Notes under the pieces: model-generated
Told to the model about the DNA's origin: nothing
Seen by the model: only the letters and a program-made list of their open reading frames with translations
Database searches by the model: none
Shown here: positions 25,491-32,000 of the stretch, piece by piece
Numbering within the stretch: position 1 is the first letter of the stretch
Layout of the letters: the number at the start of each line of letters is the position of its first letter
NCBI RefSeq assembly: GCF_024345225.1
Contig: NZ_BROD01000001.1
Coordinates: forward strand, 3,452,516-3,484,515
Direction of reading: 5' to 3'
Source of the DNA: Inconstantimicrobium mannanitabidum
GTDB taxonomy: Bacteria > Bacillota > Clostridia > Clostridiales > Clostridiaceae
DNA length: 32,000 nucleotides
Made by a program: the position numbers and the translations under genes

Positions 25491-25564
25491 AATATTCGTA
25501 CCTCTTCTTCTATTTCTGCTTTATATCATATGTTGATTATTACAAAACAAGATATTACTTAATG

Positions 25565-26182
25565 TTATTTATAGTCTTCAACATCAAATTCTCTATCCTT
25601 AAAATAATACTTTCTATCATCCTCTGTTATTTGTCTTATAACCTTGCATGGATTTCCTACTGCAATAACGTTATCTGGAATATCCTTTGTAACAACACTG
25701 CCAGACCCTATGACAACATTATTTCCAATCTTAACACCTGGATTAACAACTACACTTCCTCCAAGCCACACATTATCTCCAATAGTAACTCCAATTCCAT
25801 ATTCATACCCTGAATTTCTTGACTCAGGATGAATTGGATGTCCAGCTGTATAAATTGATACATTAGGAGCAAATTGAGCATTTTCTCCTATAATCACCTT
25901 ACCTACATCTAATATTGTGCAATTATAATTAGCAAAAAAGTTATTCCCGACTTCAATATTTTTACCATAATCACAATGGAAAGGCTGCTCTATAACAACG
26001 GTTTCACCAGTCTTTCCAAGTATCTCTTTAATTAGTTTATCTATTTTCTCTTTTTCATCTGGACGGAGTAAATTAAATTCATGTATCCTTAACTTATTTT
26101 CCATTCTTTCCTCTGCAAGTCCATCTAACCAAGCTTTATATGGCAATCCTGCTAACATTCTCTCTTTTTGATTCATTCTCAA
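25565..26182 (-). CDS. maa: Sugar (maltose/galactoside-type) O-acetyltransferase, left-handed beta-helix
   Basis: 205 aa. The N-terminal Mac domain is MLAGLPYKA. Hexapeptide repeats include IGDNVWLGGSVVVNPGVKIGNNVVIGSGSVVTKDIP. Confidence 0.88.
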   Translation of the reverse strand: MRMNQKERMLAGLPYKAWLDGLAEERMENKLRIHEFNLLRPDEKEKIDKLIKEILGKTGETVVIEQPFHCDYGKNIEVGNNFFANYNCTILDVGKVIIGENAQFAPNVSIYTAGHPIHPESRNSGYEYGIGVTIGDNVWLGGSVVVNPGVKIGNNVVIGSGSVVTKDIPDNVIAVGNPCKVIRQITEDDRKYYFKDREFDVEDYK

Positions 26183-26327
26183 ATTCTCCTTTTATATCTT
26201 AACTTTAATTTTAACCCTTATTCCTTTCTGATATTATAACATTAAATGCATTCAAACTCTTGTATTATAATCTCTAAAACTGATACTATAGTATTATATC
26301 AATACCTAATTATAGGAGGTATCTACC

Positions 26328-27218
26328 ATGCATCCATTTTTATTTTCATCACAAAAACAAGAAATATCAAAAGAAAATCACCTTGAACCTTATGCTTTTT
26401 TTCACTGTGTTATTCCTATAAATACACCAAATGTACTGCTTCATTGGCATGTAGAAGCCGAATTGACCTACGTACACACTGGTAGTGCAATTTATCAAGT
26501 TGGCGAAGAAACTTTTTATTCTCACGAAGGTGATTTAATTTTTGTACCTCCAAACACTTTGCATTCAATTTATCCTGTCCCTGGAACTACACATATTTCT
26601 GACACTTTAGTTTTTCACCTAGATTTGCTTGGTTACTCAATTATGGATCAATGCACAATTACATACCTTCGTCCTCTTTTTAATGGAGCACTAAATTTGC
26701 TGTCCCATATGAATAAGGAACATCCTGCTTACAAAGAACTTCTTCCATGTGTTAAGGATATTCTTAATTGTGTAACTACAAAAGATTTTTACTTTGAGTT
26801 ATTACTAAAAGAAAAACTACATCATCTTTTTTATCTGCTATTTAAATATAATTGCATTACTGAAACAAATGTTACTAAATCAACTTCTCTTCATATGGAT
26901 AAAATAAAAAAGGCCCTGCAATATATCCAAGATAATTACAAAGAGCCCATTACTATAATTCAATTAGCGAATTTATGCCATTTTAGTAAAACTCATTTTA
27001 TGAGTTTCTTTAAGCAGAGGGTTGGTATATCCTGTGCAGAATACATCATCCAACTGAGATTGCGAATTGCTGCTGACCTCTTAAGGACTACTGATTTACT
27101 TGTATCAGAAATTGCTTTAGAAAGTGGATTCCAAAACCTTTCAAATTTCAATCGTCAATTTAAATGTTATTATGGTGTTTCACCCAAAACATATAGAAAT
27201 AATTTATTAACACAATAG
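26328..27218 (+). CDS. AraC-family transcriptional regulator (N-terminal cupin sensor + C-terminal double HTH)
   Basis: 296 aa. The cupin-like region is HWHVEAELTYV...GDLIFVPPNTLHS. The C-terminus, IALESGFQNLSNFNRQFKCYYGVSPKTYR, is typical of AraC. It is divergent from maa-MFS. Confidence 0.87.
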   Translation: MHPFLFSSQKQEISKENHLEPYAFFHCVIPINTPNVLLHWHVEAELTYVHTGSAIYQVGEETFYSHEGDLIFVPPNTLHSIYPVPGTTHISDTLVFHLDLLGYSIMDQCTITYLRPLFNGALNLLSHMNKEHPAYKELLPCVKDILNCVTTKDFYFELLLKEKLHHLFYLLFKYNCITETNVTKSTSLHMDKIKKALQYIQDNYKEPITIIQLANLCHFSKTHFMSFFKQRVGISCAEYIIQLRLRIAADLLRTTDLLVSEIALESGFQNLSNFNRQFKCYYGVSPKTYRNNLLTQ

Positions 27219-27294
27219 AAATTTATTTTGGCTGCATCAACCTTGCAATTTTTGTCTTTGTTTCAGTTGAAAATTTCCTTCATGTACATCCGTG

Positions 27295-27321
27295 ATTCAT
27301 ATGGTAGATTTCCATATGAAT
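27295..27321. terminator. Inverted repeat between convergent araC-like and serpin genes (possible terminator)
   Basis: ATTCATATGG-TAGATTT-CCATATGAAT, a 10-bp perfect stem. There is no strong T-run on either side. Confidence 0.4.
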
Positions 27322-27349
27322 TACTATTTAAATAAATTATTATATATTT

Positions 27350-28633
27350 TTATTCTGGATTCATCATTGTACCTATGAAAATAGGTAGATTAGTTTCGTT
27401 GTCAATTATTGCATACACAAAGGGACAATTAAGTTTAATAAAATGCTTAGATGGAGCAGCCCCACTCTTCATTTCAACTTTCGTAGCTGCTGCTGCCTTT
27501 GTTCCTTCAGTATCTACTGAAATGAAAGTTTTGTGCAATACATCTTCTATATAAATATTCCCTTGCTTACTTGAACCCATTGGGGCAAAATTTGCTTTTT
27601 CAATACTAAAGCAATCATTAAGTCCCATTTTTTGTAGTGTTGTAATTAACCTAACACTATATTCTGCCTTAAACTTAGGTAATTCTGCAACTACCATTTC
27701 ATCTGCTTTATTTTTTAGAAGTTTATTAAAACTCTCTCCTGAAAGTGAATTCACATAACTTTCAATGCTTATATTCTCTTTAGGAAGAAGTGCCATAAAG
27801 CTATACTTTCCATCTTTATAATGCTTAATAAAACCCTCTCCCATATTATCACTCAAATAGCCAATCTCTGCTGAATGCATGAAACTAGCAGACTTTCTCT
27901 TCCCATCTGCCAGTTGAAAGCTTCCTTCATGCACATCTTTTGTTTCATAAATATTTTCCCACTTTTCCTCAAAATATATGGTATTAATAAGATACATTAC
28001 TGTCTTTGGATCTACTGTCTCTACGATTTTATCTATCTTTTTCCCTGTATTGAACTTTACCCAATTATTTATATCATTCACTATTTCGCTACTTTTAAAG
28101 TTTGACTTATAAAGTGATGCATTATAATAATCTGCATTGGTCTGTAGGAAATCCTTTTTAATATCAATAGTTTTATCATCGTTATACCATATTGAATTTG
28201 AAATGCTAACCTTTCCTGCGTTGACCTTAGTAAGATTTTCAGCAAGAGTTTTATAGTATGAATTCAAATCTTTAGTATTAAGGCCATACTTACCAAGCAA
28301 TTTTTGAAACTCTTTTAAGGTATTACCATCTGCCCCATTGGCTGTCATGCCAAGTGCTAGATAAACTGAGGTTGGAGATACAAGCGAATTTTCATTTTTA
28401 TCGTAAGATTGCTTAAATAAATCTACAGAAAAATCTGTTGTAGATTTCAAAAACTCATCCTTTAGCTTAACTGTATCTACCTTATTGTGATTTACCCCTT
28501 TCATTAAGTCTTGAGCTGATACATTTAATGTATTCTCCTTTGAAAATATCCACACAAAAAATATAATTGCTACTACTGCTACTACAGCTGGAATTATCCA
28601 AAATTTTGCTATCCTAAAATTAATCTTAACCAT
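27350..28633 (-). CDS. Serpin (serine protease inhibitor), N-terminally membrane anchored, with an inhibitory-type hinge
   Basis: Start moved to ATG 28633 (MVKINFRIAKFWIIPAVVAVVAIIFFVWIF), which has SD AAGGGGA 8 nt upstream. Serpin core motifs are SPTSVYLALGMTANGA and NWV..NT.GKI. The reactive-centre-loop hinge is EGTKAAAATKVEM, followed by CPFVYAIID. Confidence 0.85.
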   Translation of the reverse strand: MVKINFRIAKFWIIPAVVAVVAIIFFVWIFSKENTLNVSAQDLMKGVNHNKVDTVKLKDEFLKSTTDFSVDLFKQSYDKNENSLVSPTSVYLALGMTANGADGNTLKEFQKLLGKYGLNTKDLNSYYKTLAENLTKVNAGKVSISNSIWYNDDKTIDIKKDFLQTNADYYNASLYKSNFKSSEIVNDINNWVKFNTGKKIDKIVETVDPKTVMYLINTIYFEEKWENIYETKDVHEGSFQLADGKRKSASFMHSAEIGYLSDNMGEGFIKHYKDGKYSFMALLPKENISIESYVNSLSGESFNKLLKNKADEMVVAELPKFKAEYSVRLITTLQKMGLNDCFSIEKANFAPMGSSKQGNIYIEDVLHKTFISVDTEGTKAAAATKVEMKSGAAPSKHFIKLNCPFVYAIIDNETNLPIFIGTMMNPE

Positions 28634-28683
28634 CTCAAAAATCCCCTTTATACTATTAGACTCTATAACTATCACATATCAAA

Positions 28684-29478
28684 CTAGTTATTATCTAAAA
28701 ATTCCATTACAATCTGATTAAACACCTCATGTTTATCCAAGTTAGGCACGTGTCCCGTACCTTTTATATCTACCCTTTGTAAATCAACTATACCATCTTC
28801 CAAGAACTTAGCAATCTTCATTATGGGTTCTGAATCTTCTGATCCTATTATTAGTAAGGTTTTCTTGTCTATTTCATGAAGTCTTTCTGCTGCAGGTGGG
28901 TTTGCTACTACCTCTATATCTTTTAATGCCCACTCTAAAGAAGTATCTAAAAACATGTTTTTTAAACGAGCCTGAGACTCAGCATCATTCTGTCTCCAAA
29001 TAGGAGTATTTATCATAAATTCAACTGATTTCTCAAAGTTTTCATCTCTACTTGCTATTGAGACTGTTGCCAAAGACACCTCTGTACTTACTTCTCCAGC
29101 TAACTTTTGATATCCATTTAATGAAGGTCCACTTAATATCAAGGATTTAACCAACTCAGGATATTCAAGTGTAAAATCAATAGCAATACTTCCACCCATA
29201 GATACTCCAATCAAATTTACCCTTTGAACTTCAAGAAAATTTAGTAACCCTTTTAAATCTTCTATATGAGAAAATGACTTACTTGGTGTTTCTGATTTTC
29301 CAAAGCCCCTTACATCATATCGTATAACCTTATAGCTCTTTGAAAAGAAATCAAACTGCTTATCCCATAACCTTAAATCTGTAAAACCACTGTGTATTAA
29401 AACTATAGCTTCACCTTCTCCAGCCATTTCATAATTTAAACTTGTTCCATTCACTTTTGCAAAACCACTTTTATACAT
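28684..29478 (-). CDS. Alpha/beta-fold hydrolase
   Basis: 264 aa. HSGF oxyanion region, nucleophile elbow GVSMGG, and a C-terminal GHVPNLD catalytic His region. No signal peptide. Confidence 0.85.
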   Translation of the reverse strand: MYKSGFAKVNGTSLNYEMAGEGEAIVLIHSGFTDLRLWDKQFDFFSKSYKVIRYDVRGFGKSETPSKSFSHIEDLKGLLNFLEVQRVNLIGVSMGGSIAIDFTLEYPELVKSLILSGPSLNGYQKLAGEVSTEVSLATVSIASRDENFEKSVEFMINTPIWRQNDAESQARLKNMFLDTSLEWALKDIEVVANPPAAERLHEIDKKTLLIIGSEDSEPIMKIAKFLEDGIVDLQRVDIKGTGHVPNLDKHEVFNQIVMEFLDNN

Positions 29479-29656
29479 AATCTCTCCTCTTTTTTAATGT
29501 ATTCTTATTACAATATCTATAACTACTCATTAATATATACGATTATTTTCATCCAAAAGTTTACAGTACTATATACATTATATTTAAGCTTTCTCAAATA
29601 ACATACATATAAACCAAATAAACCTCTACTCTTTAAAAATAATTTCATTAAACTAA

Positions 29657-29701
29657 AGAAACACCGTATCCATTCTGCAATTACATGGATACGGTGTTTC
29701 T
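29657..29701. terminator. Strong terminator hairpin after the lipoprotein gene
   Basis: AGAAACACCGTATCCAT-(11 nt)-ATGGATACGGTGTTTCT, a perfect 17-bp stem. T-rich tracts follow on both strands. Confidence 0.8.
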
Positions 29702-29704
29702 TTT

Positions 29705-29726
29705 AGGCATCTTCAAAAAATAAATC
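29705..29726 (+). repeat. Solo arm of the palindromic repeat family
   Basis: AGGCATCTTCAAAAAATAAATC. The 20-mer GGCATCTTCAAAAAATAAAT (29706-29725) is identical to 23673-23692 in copy D. It lies between the lipoprotein stop codon and its terminator. Confidence 0.65.
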
Positions 29727-29761
29727 TTTCCTAATATATAGTTGTCATTCTCTACTAATTG

Positions 29762-30385
29762 TTACCCATGAAAATAACCAGTTCTTGCTGAAACTACAAC
29801 ATAAGGTACTTCCTTATTATTTTTCTTAACATATGCTTGATATAAATCTTTATTTAAATGCTCCAATCTAACTACTTTTTCTCCATAAATATCATTCAAA
29901 TCTTTTTCAAATAACTGTTGCCAATCATTAAGGATAGGTGCATTTGAAGTCATATAAGCTGCAAACTTTGCTAAGTCCTGAGAATTTCCGCCTTTTGCTA
30001 CATACTGCTTATATAAACTTACAATATCAGCTTTATTTAAAAAACTCTTACTCCATTTTATTTTACTTGCTTCTGCTTTATCTCCTTGACCATTAATAAT
30101 GTATTCCTTAACTTTTTCACTAATATTCTGCTCTGTATAAGTTCTATTCTTTATACTATCCTTTGAGGATTTAATTTTTTCATTTGAAGCCCCATTTGTT
30201 GAATTTTGCTTAGAAGCATCACTTGAATCCTGTGTTGATGCTTTTGGCTCTGGGATATCATTACTTTGAGCAGCAACCTCTGTTGACTTGCTATCTGGTA
30301 ACTTATTGTCATTATTAGAATTATTTAATGAACATCCACTTAAAAACATTGTACACAATAATATGCCTAGCACTATCTTTTTCAT
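29762..30385 (-). CDS. Lipoprotein (hypothetical)
   Basis: 207 aa. The signal peptide has the lipobox LSGC (MKKIVLGILLCTMFLSGCS). A low-complexity Ser/Asn/Lys linker is followed by a folded C-terminal domain. Confidence 0.8.
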   Translation of the reverse strand: MKKIVLGILLCTMFLSGCSLNNSNNDNKLPDSKSTEVAAQSNDIPEPKASTQDSSDASKQNSTNGASNEKIKSSKDSIKNRTYTEQNISEKVKEYIINGQGDKAEASKIKWSKSFLNKADIVSLYKQYVAKGGNSQDLAKFAAYMTSNAPILNDWQQLFEKDLNDIYGEKVVRLEHLNKDLYQAYVKKNNKEVPYVVVSARTGYFHG

Positions 30386-30393
30386 AATAATTT

Positions 30394-30435
30394 AATCGTT
30401 ATATAGAAGCTGATATTTATATCTTTATAACGATT
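30394..30435 (-). promoter_or_regulatory. 10-bp inverted repeat between a distal SD-like sequence and the lipoprotein start codon
   Basis: Minus strand: GGAAGGTG-CA-AATCGTTATA-(22 nt)-TATAACGATT-AAATTATT-ATG. There is no SD within 20 nt of the ATG unless the hairpin is formed. Confidence 0.45.
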
Positions 30436-30837
30436 TGCACCTTCCTTCTTACTATATTAAATATATTAAACATTCTAGCCATTTCTCCAAGTATTTAAAA
30501 TACTAATTTCTTTTAAATTAAGCTTAGCACACTAATTATTCAATATAATAACAATTTTATTAAAAAATAAATACATCTATACTAGCCATTCTAACCTTAC
30601 TAAAAAACATGTATACTAAACTCTTCATTTTTACTTGAAAAATATGTTTCGTAAACATTATGAATTTTGTATAAAACAATGAATACATTTTTCTCGACAA
30701 TTTCCTATATATACAACTAAAATTAATGATAGATTATGTTTATAACTTGTAAAAAATATTAAAAATCACAAAACCCATACTTACTTTTCTAAAAAAGTGC
30801 CGTATTAACTATTGAAAGACAAAATTAGGGGGTTACT

Positions 30838-31407
30838 ATGGATGATCTAAATTTAGTTCAAAATATTTTGAAGGGAGATGACAGTGCCTTTGAACTGTTG
30901 CTAAAGAAATATCAACTAGAGATAAGTAAATATGTCTATTCTAATATAAGAGACAATGAAACTACAAAAGATATAGTACAGGATATTTTCATTTGTGTTT
31001 ACAATAAACTTTACACCTTTGATCAAAAGTATAAATTTAAAACATGGCTTTATACCATTGCTAGAAACAAATGCATCGATTATATTAGGAAAAGCAAAAA
31101 AGTTTCAATAGATTCAGACTCTTCTGTTGACTTGGTGGAATCTAAGGAAGCTTGTCCTTCAACTATTGCTGAGTTTAATGAAACAAAATCTTCTATTTCA
31201 GCTTTTATAAAGACATTAGATGAAAAAAATAAGCAGTTATTATACTTAAAATACTATCATAGTGATATGAATTTTAATGACATAGGGCGTATTTTAAAAA
31301 TTAGCGAAGCAGCTACGAAAAGTAGATATTATTCCTTATATAAAAGATATATAAATTTTCTAAACAAATCTAATAAAATAAGAGGTGAAAGATTTGAAAT
31401 GCAATAA
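30838..31407 (+). CDS. ECF-type sigma-70 family RNA polymerase sigma factor
   Basis: 189 aa. SD AGGGGG lies upstream. Region 2 is DIVQDIFICVYNKLYTF...FKTWLYTIARNKCIDYIRK. The region 4 HTH is NFNDIGRILKISEAATKSRYYS. Confidence 0.9.
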   Translation: MDDLNLVQNILKGDDSAFELLLKKYQLEISKYVYSNIRDNETTKDIVQDIFICVYNKLYTFDQKYKFKTWLYTIARNKCIDYIRKSKKVSIDSDSSVDLVESKEACPSTIAEFNETKSSISAFIKTLDEKNKQLLYLKYYHSDMNFNDIGRILKISEAATKSRYYSLYKRYINFLNKSNKIRGERFEMQ

Positions 31408-32000
31408 ATGTATAGATTTAATTCCTGCTATATTAGAAAACGACACAAATTCAAATGAAACTAAAGATTTTTTTCAACATATAGAACAATGTACAAATTG
31501 TCATAACGAATATCTCTATCAAAAGCAGGCAAAAGAAGATTTAAGAGAAAGTTTAGAGCTAGAAGGGTTTCAGTTCTATGATTCTACAAATGAAATCTTA
31601 AGTAAAATTGATACAAATAAATATTTAGTTCCACATAGAATGGACTTAAGAAAAGCATGTATGTTTCTTGTAAAAACTATAGTCCCTTGCATGTTAGTAA
31701 TGTTAATAGCTATATTTTTGCCACCTATGCTAAAAGACTACTATAATAGAATCACCCCTACTCCTGCTGCTAGTAGCAATAAAAATGCTGACAACATTAA
31801 AACTAAAGACACAAATGTAAAGATAATTAACTCTGATGCATTAGTTAAATGCCAATCCTTTACTGATTTAGTTTTTTTTAATAGACAAGCACTATTAACA
31901 GAAACCTCTAATGATTCTAAAATTATAGATATGGTAAATGATATGCTTCAAGAGAAAAATATAAGTTTATATAATAGAAATTTTACAAATAGACGTTTCT
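31394..32000 (+). CDS. Anti-sigma factor (zf-HC2 N-terminus, single TM); the 3' end lies beyond the window
   Basis: Hand translation from TTG 31394, which has SD AGAGGTGA 4-5 nt upstream and overlaps the sigma gene by 14 nt: MKCNKCIDLIPAILENDTNSNETKDFFQHIEQCTNCHNEY... This gives the C-x2-C...H-x3-C-x2-C pattern. The TM is ACMFLVKTIVPCMLVMLIAIFLPP. The frame stays open to the right window edge. Confidence 0.75.
   Translation, partial: MKCNKCIDLIPAILENDTNSNETKDFFQHIEQCTNCHNEYLYQKQAKEDLRESLELEGFQFYDSTNEILSKIDTNKYLVPHRMDLRKACMFLVKTIVPCMLVMLIAIFLPPMLKDYYNRITPTPAASSNKNADNIKTKDTNVKIINSDALVKCQSFTDLVFFNRQALLTETSNDSKIIDMVNDMLQEKNISLYNRNFTNRRF

Noticed and set aside
1-32000. Looked for an autonomous mobile element, prophage, integrase or transposase, tRNA or rRNA genes, or toxin-antitoxin pairs that might mobilise the palindromic repeats.
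   Set aside because: None of the ORFs has transposase, recombinase or phage hallmarks, and no tRNA-like cloverleaf sequences were noticed. If the repeats are mobile, their mobilising enzyme is encoded outside this window.

Overview
This is AT-rich (about 28-30% GC) chromosomal DNA of Clostridium type (Firmicutes). About 24 genes are tightly packed, and roughly 20 of them lie on the minus strand.

Gene content is a housekeeping and accessory mix:
- A cell-envelope cluster: a PTPS-domain polytopic membrane protein, a 49-aa basic micro-ORF, a membrane-anchored hypothetical protein and a phosphodiester glycosidase.
- A sensor GGDEF/HD-GYP protein, an EamA transporter and an NfsA-like nitroreductase.
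- A 983-aa secreted SH3b-M14 peptidase with five Ig-like repeats.
- A methyltransferase + GNAT + GNAT operon.
- A motA-motB stator pair with no other flagellar genes nearby, a UPF0597/cysteine-desulfidase-like protein, a MerR regulator, a metallophosphoesterase and RNase Z.
- A T-box-controlled type-2-like MetRS.
- A maa-MFS operon with a divergent AraC regulator.
- A membrane-anchored inhibitory-type serpin with an alpha/beta hydrolase, a lipoprotein and an ECF sigma/anti-sigma pair.

I see no transposase, integrase, CRISPR array, rRNA or tRNA, and no recognisable multi-gene defence system.

The most unusual signal is non-coding. A family of imperfect palindromic elements of about 50-70 bp shares a conserved 20-nt arm, AGGCATCTGAAAGTAAATA(G/A). 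That arm always reads on the minus strand. There are five clear copies plus several half or degenerate copies, all intergenic. Most sit in 5' leaders next to Shine-Dalgarno sequences or in 3' UTRs next to terminators. Two copies lie in the metG leader, and one of these is inside the T-box riboswitch, flanked by a 9-bp direct repeat. G-U pairing patterns suggest at least some copies fold as RNA. I cannot tell from this window whether they are MITE/REP-like mobile palindromes or a regulatory RNA module.

All functional calls come from reading motifs in the translations. No database search was run.
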